Source of the DNA: Octopus bimaculoides
Lineage: Eukaryota
Length of the DNA stretch: 64,000 nucleotides
Assembly (NCBI RefSeq): GCF_001194135.2
Contig: NC_068987.1
Coordinates: forward strand, 62,141,448 to 62,205,447
Reading direction: 5' to 3'
The translations under genes were made by a program, and so were the position numbers. The notes beneath the pieces were generated by a model that worked only from the letters and a program-made list of their open reading frames with translations, searched no databases and had not been told where the DNA came from. Below are positions 12,306-25,260 of this stretch, piece after piece. Position 1 is the first letter of the stretch; each line of letters opens with the position of its first letter.

Positions 12306-13230
12306 GTTGGATCATCCCATAAATAATGCGGTTCTTTTATACTTCTTTTACTTTTCAAAATTAAGATAAACAAAGTTTTTTTTTAATCTAAAATATACTC
12401 TCCTTCATTTTCTACAATGCTTTTCCATCTATCTGGTAGGCTTGCAAGGCCCCTCTTCCATAATTCACTTGTCCCTGATGAAAAATACTCCTCCAGTACT
12501 ATTCTGACCTCATCTACAGAATTCATATTTTTTCCATTCAAATGATTTTGAAGACTGTGGAATAAATGATAATCACATGGGGCAATGTCCAGCGAATATG
12601 GTGAGGGAAGGGGGCATCATTTCCCATTCAAACTGCTCCAGCCTTTGGAATGTCATCCTCGCTGTATGTGACCGAGCATTTTCCTGATGGAAGAACACCT
12701 TTCGTTTTGAGACCAAAGATGGTCGTTTTTCTTCTAGTACTTTGAATGACTGGTTGAATGATCAAATCCAAGCTTCTCTGCTAGTTCCTCAACAGTTACA
12801 ATAGAATTTTGTTCCACCAGGGTTTGCAGGACATCCTCGTCAAGCTCTACAGATCTTTCAGGATGAGGCTCATCTTCTAGGTGGTAGTTTCTGGCTCAGA
12901 ATTTCTGGAACCACCATTGACATTGGCTTACGCTTATTGTCAGATCCCCATACACTGCATTAATATTCCTTGCAATTTCCGTTATGTTGTTGCCTTTATT
13001 GAACACATAAAGCAAAATATGCTGAATATGCTCCTTTGTCACTTCCATTATAGCTTTGAGAAAAATAACTGTTAAAATTGAACTGCACTCTTCAAAACTT
13101 GCACTAAGAATAAAGACAAGGTAAAATTTACTACCTGCCTTTATAGCAAGTTGATGCAAGTAGTTTATCCAGTCCCCCTCCAACTTTTAGTTAATGCAAT
13201 TGAAAAAAACCACATTATTTATGAGATGTA
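12306..13230 (-). mobile_element. Internally deleted mariner (Tc1/mariner) element
   Basis: TIRs catcccataaataatgcggtt / aaccacattatttatgagatg in TA context. Transposase remnants MEVTKEHIQHILLYVFNKGNNITEIARNINAVYG...QCQWWFQKF and KRGLASLPDRWKSIVENEGEYILD. Confidence 0.9.
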
Positions 13231-13264
13231 TATATATGGGATGTATATATATATGTATATATAT

Positions 13265-13445
13265 AGGGATGTATATGTATTTTTGTATTTGGGGATGGTC
13301 ATGTTGCCAGTTTAGCCAATAAAAACACACTATATATTTGGTGTTAATTTGCTTCAGCTTTATATTACATTACATTACATTAATCATATTTCGGCCAGAG
13401 TTCTTTAGTCACACTTCTGTGACCTCATCAGTGGTCCTTTGCTTT
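13265..13445 (-). mobile_element. Penelope-like element terminal remnant carrying a decayed hammerhead motif
   Basis: Minus strand reads CCA-CTGATGA-GGTCACA-GAAG-TGTGACT-AAAG-AAC-TC-TGG. Confidence 0.5.
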
Positions 13446-14183
13446 CTTCTTTCTTATATGTGTGTCCCTCCTTGCTAGCAATCAGCCATTTTGTATTTTG
13501 TATTCTTATTGTATGTGTCTATATTTGTGCATGCGTATCCCTCTATGTGTGTCTATGTTTTGTAAGTGCNNNNNNNNNNNNNNNNNNNNNNNNNNNNNNN
13601 NNNNNNNNNNNNNNNNNNNNNNNNNNNNNNNNNNNNNNNNNNNNNNNNNNNNNNNNNNNNNNNNNNNNNNNNNNNNNNNNNNNNNNNNNNNNNNNNNNNN
13701 NNNNNNNNNNNNNNNNNNNNNNNNNNNNNNNNNNNNNNNNNNNNNNNNNNNNNNNNNNNNNNNNNNNNNNNNNNNNNNNNNNNNNNNNNNNNNNNNNNNN
13801 NNNNNNNNNNNNNNNNNNNNNNNNNNNNNNNNNNNNNNNNNNNNNNNNNNNNNNNNNNNNNNNNNNNNNNNNNNNNNNNNNNNNNNNNNNNNNNNNNNNN
13901 NNNNNNNNNNNNNNNNNNNNNNNNNNNNNNNNNNNNNNNNNNNNNNNNNNNNNNNNNNNNNNNNNNNNNNNNNNNNNNNNNNNNNNNNNNNNNNNNNNNN
14001 NNNNNNNNNNNNNNNNNNNNNNNNNNNNNNNNNNNNNNNNNNNNNNNNNNNNNNNNNNNNNNNNNNNNNNNNNNNNNNNNNNNNNNNNNNNNNNNNNNNN
14101 NNNNNNNNNNNNNNNNNNNNNNNNNNNNNNNNNNNNNNNNNNNNNNNNNNNNNNNNNNNNNNNNNNNNNNNNNNNNNNNNNNN

Positions 14184-14234
<51 letters not shown>

Positions 14235-15477
14235 TCATTCTATCAACCATACTGATGTTATACACTAGTAGCCACAATGCTCTTCCAATTCTTTCTTGAT
14301 TGCTCACTTCCTTTCCCTCTCGGCCCAAATCACTTAACTAAATCACCTTCCTATCATGGAGGCCTTCCAAGTACCCTTTTCTGATTTCTTAGATACCACT
14401 CAGCAACAATACAGGTACACTTCTTTGTCAGTGGACCTTGGTATATGCATGCCATTATGGAACTTGTACTTTCAGTATGTTGTGGTTATGGCATTCACTC
14501 TGTTCCATTCTCAAATTGCATCATTTTGAATGGGAAAAATTCTTAAAAGCGTGTCATGGAGTCGATGCTTAATACACATAACCACTTTGGAAAATTTTCA
14601 TCAGCCAGACATTGCCCATTCATTACATTTGATACTGGGTCTATTGAAGGCTGTGGCTTAGTGGTTAGGATATTCAGCTCATGATCGTAAGGCCATGAGT
14701 TCAATACTTGATGACATGTAGTGTCCTTGACCAAGACACTTTATTTCACATTGCTCCAGTCCACTCAGAGTTTTATATTTGTAATTCGAAGGACTGGCAT
14801 TGTCACATTCAGTGTCACGCTGAATCTTCCTGAAAACTATGTTAAAGGTATGTATGTTTGTGAAGTGTTCAGCTGCTTGTGCATTAATTTCATGAGCAGG
14901 CTGTTCTATTAATTGAATCAACTGGAACCCTCATTGTCCTAACTGACAAAGTGCCAGTTACTGTGTCTAACTATATTAAGAATTTAGTGTGAAGAGTCAC
15001 TGGTATTTCCCATGGTAAGAAAAATAAACTCATCTGCATCAGGTCTGCTACCAAGCTATCAAAATTTCCATTGACTTTGGCATCAGAAAACCCAGTTTGA
15101 ACAGAAAAACCCATTATATCATAAACTGTGATTCATTCAAATTTACCATATTTATTTTTTTACACTATTTCTATACAATATATTTCCAATTTAGAATTAT
15201 CTAGACAGATCTGTAGATTTGATATTGGCATATCTGCAAAAATTTTATTGCTGATGGCTTTTCTCAATGTTAACCACTCAATCTTTATTGAGTGTGGCTG
15301 CTATTTTTAGCTTGGGAAGCAGACTAAGATGAAGTGTTGCCTAACTGAAACTAATGTCTTAAAACTTGATCTACTAAAGTGATATCATCTTTCATTGATA
15401 AGCCTAGACCTTACATATATATAAATATGCATACATACATACATACATATACACACACATATATATGTATGTGTTTG

Positions 15478-15561
<84 letters not shown>

Positions 15562-16600
15562 TACTGAGGGTGATAAATTGAATATTAATTTCAATTTAAA
15601 ACCAGTGGTCTAGCATATAAAAATCTGATAATTCATAAAAATTGTATTACATGCGTATAAGAAGGGATGACCACTAGGTGGACATCTAATATGCTAGAAT
15701 GAGGTCATCAACGACCCAACTACAAAGAAAAATAATGTTCTCCAGAAAAAAATTCAGCAAACACCAGAGCATAGGCAGGCAGGACAAAAGGAAAAATATA
15801 CAAAATAAAGAATTAATTGTGTACTGGTTTTGCCATCAACATTTTTTACTTACGTAAAAACGTCCGTGGTTCGTCAGCACAATTGTTCTAAAATCAATAT
15901 AATTTGCAGAACTATACACAAATTGTCTTCATAAAATTTGACGTGCGTACAGTTCTACCGATTACATTGGGGTTATTTTCAAATGTCTCAACTCTGGCAC
16001 GCTAAAATTCTGGAAGCAGTACCTCATGTATGTGTGTGTGTGTGTGTGTTTGTCTGTGATTATATATATATATATATATATATATATGAATTCACTTTCT
16101 AAATTAGCATAAATGATAAATGATAAAATTTAGGTGGATAGAGCAGAGGTATCTTTTCTTTATTTATTCATATAAGAAGATATAAAATGTCTGGATTTTT
16201 TTTAAAAATTACATAATACTACTTAAATTTTTTCATTCTGTGCTCTATTCATGGAGAGTCAATTCTTGTCTCATTTCCCTCCATATGTACATATCTACAT
16301 GCATAAGTACATAAATACATACATACACACATATGCATACACACACACACTTAGGCACATGTGAACACACATATATATTTATATATACATACATACACAT
16401 ATGTGTATTATATACATTTATCTGGAGTGGCATTTATATTTTGTATTAAATAGATGAATGATGACAAATTGGTAATTGGTTCCAATTTAAGTATGGGATT
16501 TTAAAAAAATATATGAAATAGAATTGATCTGCTGATTTGGACTATTTATTGTTATTTTTTCTAATTTATTTCTGGAGTTTTTTTTAGCATTTTTTATCTC

Positions 16601-16655
<55 letters not shown>

Positions 16656-16915
16656 TTTCTATTTCATTTTGTAAGATATTTTTAAATATTCACTTTTGTA
16701 AATGCCCTTACTCTTTATATTGAATAAAATAATCCTCCTCATGATGATGACGATGATGATAATAACAATGGTAATCATCATCTTTGTCATTCTCATTGTT
16801 GTCATCGTTATCATCATCATCAGCATTATTATCATTATTATTATTCCATGAGCTGGCATATATATAAGCAAGCTACTTATTAAATTTGACCATGACTTAT
16901 ACATACATACATACA

Positions 16916-16993
<78 letters not shown>

Positions 16994-17419
16994 NNNNNNN
17001 NNNNNNNNNNNNNNNNNNNNNNNNNNNNNNNNNNNNNNNNNNNNNNNNNNNNNNNNNNNNNNNNNNNNNNNNNNNNNNNNNNNNNNNNNNNNNNNNNNNN
17101 NNNNNNNNNNNNNNNNNNNNNNNNNNNNNNNNNNTATATAGTTATTAATATTTCTAAGTCTCTCTAAAGGAGACTACGGCAGCGGTACTGGAAATTAATA
17201 GTTATCGCCAAGCCAACATGGCAGTCCCGAATGGAGTGAATAATGCATTGTGGCATTTTATTTGATTCTTTATGTTGTGATTTCATATCCCCATGAGGTC
17301 AACTTTGGCTTTCATTCATTTGGAGTACATAAAATAAAGTACCAGTCAAGTACTGGGGTGGAAGACATTGCCTGATCTCGATCTAAAAAATTGTTGGCCT
17401 TGAGCCTAAATCAGAAACC

Positions 17420-17452
<33 letters not shown>

Positions 17453-17629
17453 GTACGCTGGCAGAATTGTTAGCATGCTAGACAAAAGCCCAAGTTCAAA
17501 TTCCACCCAGGTCAGCTTTGCCTTTCATTCTTCTGGGGTCGATAAAATATGTACCAGTAGAACACTGGGGATCAATGTAATTGACTTAGCCCCTACTCCA
17601 GAATTGCTGGCCTTGTGCCAAAATTTGAA

Positions 17630-17644
17630 ATAATAATAATAATA

Positions 17645-17730
<86 letters not shown>

Positions 17731-17785
17731 TATTATTATTATTATTATTATTATTATTGTTGTTGTTGTTGTTGTTGTTGTTATT
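17630..17785. repeat. Compound trinucleotide microsatellite (TAA)(TGA)(TAA)(TAT)(TGT) between two SINE-B copies
   Basis: Direct reading of the sequence. Many other (AT)n, (CA)n, (CT)n, (ATAC)n and (ATT)n tracts occur throughout, often abutting N gaps. Confidence 0.95.
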
Positions 17786-18698
17786 AATGGCAGCAAACTG
17801 GCAGAATTGTTAGCATGCTGGGGAAAATGCTTAGCAGCATTTTATCCATCTTTACATTCTGAGTTCAAATTCTGCCAAGATCTACTTTGCCTGTCATCCC
17901 CTTGGGGTTGATAAATTAAGCACTTGTGAAACACTGAGGTCAATGTAATCAACTAGTCCCCTCCTCCAAAATTTCAGGCCTTGTACCTTTAGTAGAAAGG
18001 ATTATTATTATTATTATCTTTACAGTAGTGAACAGGTAGAATCATTACTACATCAGACAAAATGGTTCGCTGTATTTCTCATTTCAAGTTCCACCAAGGT
18101 TGACTTTGCCTTTTATTCTTTCAGGTTCAATAAAATGAATATTAGTAGAGCACTGAGGTTGAGCACTTCAGCTACCACTATTGGTAGATTTCCACACAAA
18201 TTCTATTACTTAGAGATCCTATTACTACAGGTATTACATATATCTCATGTATAAGATTCTAAAACTCCTTAGATTATTTATGTTCCTTGGTACATCATCA
18301 TCAACAGCAGCAGCAGCATCATTTAATGTCTGATGTCCATGCTGGCATGGGTTGGACAGTTTGACCAGGGTGGGAAAGCTGGAAGACTGCACCAGACTCC
18401 AGTCTGATTTGGCATGGTTTCTACGGCAAGATGCCTTTCCTAACTTGTTCTAAAATATTCAATAACTGTTCTTTTGATCATGTCATCTATTCTACTTTTC
18501 TGTTATTAGGAAGCTTCAGTGTTGATATTCTCAAGAATCTTGATAACCTTTGCATTTAATGTATTAGAGAAGTGATGATCATATAATTTCTTTGCACTTA
18601 CATTTCATAATTTATTTCAAAATATTTAAAGGATTTAATCTATTGTGAAGAATTTCTGTAATAAAATTTTAAAACTTGAATAAATTTAACTATTTCAG

Positions 18699-18798
18699 AC
18701 ATTTTGTATCCTTCATCTTCTCTTATGGTTATGTATAGTCTTCAGGATTGGCTGGCATGCCCCCAAATTGCATCGAAATGGAATCCCAGCACATGTTG
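18699..18798 (+). CDS. 4-TM protein exon 2 (TM1)
   Basis: tatttcag acceptor and GTAAGT donor, 100 bp, phase 0 to 1. Encodes TFCILHLLLWLCIVFRIGWHAPKLHRNGIPAHV. Confidence 0.7.
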
Positions 18799-21700
18799 GT
18801 AAGTATAAGAAGTGCAGAAATTTTTTTCACTATTCTTCAATATAAAATTGATATAAAGACCTAAACAATAAATAAATATAAATAAAATAAAATAAATAGA
18901 GATTAATAATAATTTTTTTTTATCTTTTAACTCTTTAGTGTTCAAACCAGCTATATCCAGCCAAAATATTCTATCTGTTTTATGTTCAAACTAGCCAGTC
19001 CTGGCCCCTCACACCTATGCTACAATGTCAATCTAAAAATGAATTATTACTCCATCATCAAAATATTAAAGCTATGGGATAATAAATAATTAATTCAAAA
19101 TGATGTGAATGAAAAAGAATTACATCTAACAGAATAATCTGAATGCTAAAGGTTTTAAAGAGTTTGCTTTGGCCAAATTTCCATCTTCAGAATCATATAA
19201 GATCTACTCCATTAAAGATATAACTGACTGATATTTGGCATTCAGATTTTTCTGTCAAGTGTAATGCTTATTTATTCACATTGTTTTGAATTTATTATGC
19301 ATTATCACATAGCTTCAAGATTCCAATGATGCGATTGTTTATTTTTAGAATGACATTGTAGGGTAGGTGTAAGAGGCCAGATCTGGCCAGTTTGAATAAA
19401 AAACAGTAAAATATTTGGGTCAGATGTGGCTGGTTTAACCCTTTAGTGTTCAGATTACTCTGTTAAATGTAATACTTTTTCACTCAAATTGTTTTGAATT
19501 AATCATGCATTATGTTATAGCTTTGAGGTTTCAAACGATGTGATTGTTTATTTTTAGAATGTCAATGTAGGTTAGGTGTGAGAGGCTAGATATGGCCAAT
19601 TTGAATATAAAACATATAGACTATTTGGGTCAGATATGACTGGTTTAAACACTAAAGGGTTAAATGCTAAATGGTTAAGATGCTGAAAAAATATTGATGT
19701 TTTCTGTTATCTCACCTGTGGTATATTATGTACTTGATAAAAACATTTAAGCCTCTATAGTTTAGATTATTTAGCTCTAAATTAATCCCATCAATCTCAA
19801 AAGCCACAAAGGATCTATGAAGGCCATGGGCACAGCTGCTCTCTCCAGGTTATCATCATTATTACCATCATTATTGTAATGTCTACTTTTTTATGCTTGC
19901 ATAAATCAGCTGAAGTTTGTTGAGGCAAAGCTTTCTCGTTTTTGCCAGTCTTCACTTGTTTTCAAGCAAGGTAATATTTCCCCTTGACCAGACATGTTTT
20001 TACAGAAGACTGGAAACAACTGACATCTTTTGTATGGCAGTGACACTCTTTAATAACTATCACATGATGTCCAGACAAGGAAGAATACATGCAAGTGCGC
20101 ACACACACACAACAGCCTTTTATAAGTTTCTGTGTACCAAATTCAGTCACAAGGTTTTAGTCAGCCTGGGGCTATAGTAAAAGACACTTGCCCAAAGTGT
20201 GATGCAGTGAGACTGAATCTGAAACCATGAAACCACATGGTTGGGAAGCAAATTTCTTAACCACACAATCATTCCAGTGCCCATAAAAAAACCTATAGTT
20301 CTTCCTTCTTAGACTAATTAATAAAAAAACTAGAAACTATTTCCCAGCCACCATAATCACTATCGTTATGACTGAAATAGATAATATAAATTATTCCAAA
20401 GCAGTGATAGTACTAGAGTCAATTAATATTCTGGTCTCAGTCTGCTGGTCTGAAAATAAATTCAACTTCACAGTTGAGTTGCTAAAAGTAAGAAAGTAGT
20501 ATTTTAAAACAAATACTTCAATGAAAGCCTTTATGTAGATTTTTAGAAATAGCAATGAAATTATTGTAAAATAAAAAAGAACACATTTACCATAGTTAAC
20601 TTCAATACCGCATTTTAGAAAAAGTAGGATGGTCATTGATGGATTGTCTTTGCTCATTTGTCTACTTAGAGATCATCTAGGGCTAAACAAATATTGCTTT
20701 TCCATTGCTTTTGCGGATTCTCATGACTTTGTTGCCATCCAATTCCATTATTATGAATTTGAATTGGAAACTCGAGTCATAGTGAATCTTTCATTAACTG
20801 ATTACACAACCATGGATGCCACCCCTAATGGGTGCATTGCAGTTACTCTCTTGATAGAGCTTGGTGATCCTGACCATTGATCTTCTAGGATTCCTCTGTT
20901 AAACATCAATGTAAGAACTGTTGGCTCTTCTGCTACTTCTTCACAATTAACCATACTGCAGTCCCATGATTTCACCATATCTCTGGCAGGGTGGTTGAAC
21001 AGATGCTACACCTTGCCAAAGAGCAGCCTATAACAATGCAGGGCATGGTTGTCACTCTGAGTCATTTTCAGAATACCTGCATACAAATAAAACAAGCATA
21101 CAAACCTACAAAAGTAATTACAGGAATAGCAGGAAGAATGCACCCCACCACACCTCACACGCCACACCCCAAATCATGTGTGTGTGTGTATACAGGGTGC
21201 AATGAGTAAATTGTTGCCATTTTATATTTTTAATTTGACACATATGCATTGTTTGTTATTGGTTTTGTTGACTACACAGTATAATAGGGTCAGTCAGGCA
21301 ATGTCTGTGAGAAAAACAGCATCCTGATGCAATTCACACTGCCAGAAATTAGGAAACAACATGCTGTACTGCTTGGCATTTGTGCCAGAAGCTCCAATAA
21401 GAACAGATGGGGAACACAAAGAAGGAGGCGGTAAGGAGGAGGAGGAAGGGAAGGAGGGTATATATTTCCCAACCACATAGTTCCAGGTTCAGTCCTATTG
21501 CATGGCACCTTGGGCAAGTAATTTCTACTATAAACTTTGGCCAACCAAGGCCTTTTGAGTGGGTTTGGTAGATGGAACCAAAAGAAGTCTGTCATACACA
21601 CACACATGTATGTATGTATGTAAATATCAATGTGTGTGTGTCTTTGTATTTCTGTTTGACCCCACCACCACCACCACCACCACTGCTTAACAACCAGTGT

Positions 21701-21893
21701 TGGTTTGTTTACATCTCCGTATCTTAGCAGTACAACAAAAGAAACTGATAAATAAGCACTGAGTTAATTTGTTTGATTAAAAATCTGAACGGCACTGCCC
21801 CAGCATGTACAATCCAATGACTGAAACAAATAAAAAATAAATAAAAAAAGATAATTATAAATGCATTTAAGATTTTTTCCCCATTTTTTGCAG

Positions 21894-21979
21894 CTATTTC
21901 GCAGTTAAGTACTGTTGGATCAGTCTCTGATTCCATCTGTATATTGGTATCACTTGGTGCAATGTTTGGACTAACTAAA
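21894..21979 (+). CDS. 4-TM protein exon 3 (TM2)
   Basis: ccattttttgcag acceptor and GTAAGT donor, 86 bp. Only the phase-1 frame is open: (A)ISQLSTVGSVSDSICILVSLGAMFGLTK. Confidence 0.75.
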
Positions 21980-22203
21980 GTAAGTATTCTTTTATTCTTC
22001 CATTCTTTAACTTGTTTCAGTCATTTTTACTGTGGCTATGCTGGAGCACCACCTTAAAAGGATTTTTAGTAGAAAAAATCAACCCCAGGACCTATTCTTT
22101 GTGAGCCTAGTACTTATTCTATTGCTCTCTTTTGCCTAACAGCTAAGTTACGGGGATGTAAACACACCAACATCACTTGTCAAGTGATGGTGAGCAGACA
22201 AAG

Positions 22204-22237
<34 letters not shown>

Positions 22238-22656
22238 TATGGGCTTCTTTCAGTTTCTATCTACCAAATCCACTCACAAGTCTTTGGTTGGCCTGAGGTT
22301 ATAGTGGATGACACTTGCCCAAGGTGTCATGCAGTGGGACTGAACCTGGAACCATGTGATTGGGAAGCAAGCTTCTTACCACACAGCTACACCTGCATCT
22401 ATATTGTGTGTTTTATGAATACTAAATGGCAGAATTAGTAGTGTCAGGCCTAATGCTTTGTGGTATTTAGTTACAGTCCTTTGTGTTTAATATGATAGAT
22501 TTTAAGCACTACATACTACATCTCATTATTTCAGGCTCAATAAAATAGCCAAGAATTGGGTTTGATTAAATCAACAATAAATTTCTCCAAAAAATATTTG
22601 CATTCTTATATTTATGTCAAAACTCATTCTATAATAATAATAACAGTAATCCTTTC

Positions 22657-23216
22657 GGATCTTTTTTAAAACGGGGGCCACATTTTTCATTAACGAAACA
22701 CTTTGAAACTTGGAACACTGGTAGAATGTGTCATATAAAACATCTTTTTCTCTTAGGCTTCTTAAAAAAAAAAGAAATCCATAAATTATTCCATGTTAAA
22801 GTTGTCGTATTTCTGTAATTTCAACCAATCACTGACGTCCATTCACCCGATATACATTAAATGCTGACTACATAAACAAACGATTCTGAAACAATTAACC
22901 CTAACCCTAACTCTAACACTAACCCTAGGGTTAGGGTTAGGGTTAAAGCAAATTTAAAATGAAAAAAGCAAATAAAACGAAGAATCGTTTGTTTATGTAG
23001 TCGGCACTTAATGTATATCGGCTGAATGGACGTCAGTGATTGGTTGAAATTATCGAAATAAGACAATTTTTTACATGAAATAAATTCGAATACAAAAATA
23101 TTTTTCTGTTCTATAACACAAAATAGATAAGTATACGAAGTTTGAAAGTCTTTCGGTACCAAAAACACTATGTAAAACATTAATGAAAAATGTGGCCCCC
23201 GTTTTAAAAAAGATCC
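22657..23216. mobile_element. 560-bp MITE, probably Merlin superfamily, inserted in a SINE
   Basis: Perfect ~37-bp TIR GGATCTTTTTTAAAACGGGGGCCACATTTTTCATTAA and an 8-bp TSD ATCCTTTC at 22649-22656 and 23217-23224. Confidence 0.85.
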
Positions 23217-23411
23217 ATCCTTTCTACTATAGGCACAAGGCCTGAAATTCTGGTGGAGTGGGCTAGTTGATTACATTGGCTCCAGAGTTTAACTTGTACT
23301 TTATTTTATCAACCCTAGAAGAATGAAGGGCAAAGTCAATCTCGGCACAATTTGAACTCAGAACATGAAGATGGACAAAATGCTGCTAAGAATTCCTCTC
23401 AACACATGGCT

Positions 23412-23476
<65 letters not shown>

Positions 23477-23711
23477 TATTATTATTATTATTAAGGCAGT
23501 GAGCTGGCAGAATTGTTAGAATGGCAGGCAAAATGCTTAATGGTATTTTGTCTGCCACTATGTTCTGAGTTCAAATTCCACCAAGGTCAACTTTGCCTTT
23601 CATCCTTTTGGGGTCAATAAATTAAGTACAAGCCAAGTACTGGGGTTGATGTGATCGACTTATCCCCCCTACCAAATTTCAAGCCTTGTGCTTATAGTAG
23701 AAAGGATTGTT

Positions 23712-24282
23712 ATTATTATTATTAAGAGAGAGAGCAGCACATGTCATCAAAGTGACACTGGGATATAAATATATGAAACCCAATATACCCATCATCACTA
23801 CCCGTCTGATAAGGGTATACAAGGCACATGCCTCACAACCATACGTGCACGACATGGTGATCTCATATCAAGATAAACAGTGCATGACCTTGCAGGTGGG
23901 GGTCCAGCTAGAATTTTCTTCAGGTTGAGTAGGCCATCCCACCCAAAAGGTCCCTGAATAAGGTTTGTTTAAGGGTAATGAATGAAAACCCATGTTTCCA
24001 GAGGTGAATTATTCAAACCCCAAAGAATTCCCTCTCAACACATGGCTATGATGCTCCCCTACTACTTCTGCTTGTGATCAGAGATGCACATGTCGTCAGC
24101 CACTAAGGAACATGGTTAACTGGTTAATGTTAAACAACTGACAAGCAAATCTGTGGTATTAAGCAGAATATTTGCTGTAGCCCATTATTTATACCAAGAC
24201 AGAACAACGTACATGATAACACCTCCAATCAATTAAGATGAGAAGCCATAAGAGCCACTGCCTGGTACTGCATCAGGGCATT
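23712..24282 (-). repeat. Dispersed ~550-bp repeat (partial copies at ~23388-23412 and ~24742-24797)
   Basis: The block gaattc(c)ctctcaacacatggctatga and ttcacctctggaaacatgg recurs nearby in both orientations. The element is flanked by (ATT)n. Confidence 0.5.
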
Positions 24283-24566
24283 TATCATTGTTGTTGTTGT
24301 TGTTGTTGTTGTTGCTGTTGTTGTTGTTATAGTTATTATTATTATTATTATTATTATTATTGGGCAAAATGCTTAGCAGTATTTTGTCTGTCTTCACGTT
24401 CTGTGTTCAAATTCTTCTGAGGCTGACTTTGCCTTTCATCCTTTCAGGGGTCAATAAAATAAGTACCAGTTACGTACTACGGTCGATGTAATTGACTACC
24501 CACCATCCCCAAATTTCAGGTCTTGTTCCAATAGTAGAAAGGATTATTATCATTATTATTATTATG

Positions 24567-24610
<44 letters not shown>

Positions 24611-24944
24611 CATTATTATTATTAACAAAAAAAAGGAAGAGCGTCTTCCACAGGTTAAAAAAATAAACTTGTCAATCTACTTCATTTTGATAATGTTTAT
24701 AGGAGTAACTTCAATCCTATAATAATAATAATAATAATAATCATAGCCATGTGTTGAGAGGAATTCTTTGGATAATTCACCTTTGGAAACATGGATAAGT
24801 TTTAAAATGAGAATATCTGAGATAATCTCGACTGCTCTCACAAATGAGAATACTAAAAATGAACCCGACTGCTCTCAAAAATTAAGTGAAAATAAATGGA
24901 CAAATAATTCAGAATCCTTGTCCAGTACCTGATCGATCCCAATG

Positions 24945-25260
24945 GTAGTCATGGAATGTGAAGGTGGGTGTGCAGGCCATGTTTGTAATGCAGTGAGTGT
25001 GTCGTCTGCAGTGGGAACAGGGACAGTTTTCTCTATGAAGGCCTTTTTCAGTCTATCCACTGATATAGTGTCTTTATGACCATTAAGGTCTATAGTGAAA
25101 AATTTATCCATGCATGAAAAAAATGGAAAGGACCTGCATATGGTGCTGTTAATGGAGGTTTAACAACATCATTGCTCACAAAAACATGAGTCCAAGAAGT
25201 AAAGCTTCCTTCAAGACAGAGCTGGAAATGCAATTGTCAAGAAGGTAAAAGGTTTTTAAT
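24945..25260 (-). mobile_element. Ty3/Gypsy integrase C-terminal remnant
   Basis: THVFVSNDVVKPPLTAPYAGPF and DKFFTIDLNGHKDTISVDRLKKAF match the Gypsy GPY/F module pattern. Confidence 0.85.

Noticed and set aside
11776-14328. Long ORF-track entries of 176-286 aa
   Set aside because: They consist of N gaps and (AT)n translated as X and IY runs.
22896-22945. Interstitial telomere or chromosome-fusion scar
   Set aside because: The repeats sit inside a MITE with TIRs and a TSD, so they came in with the element.
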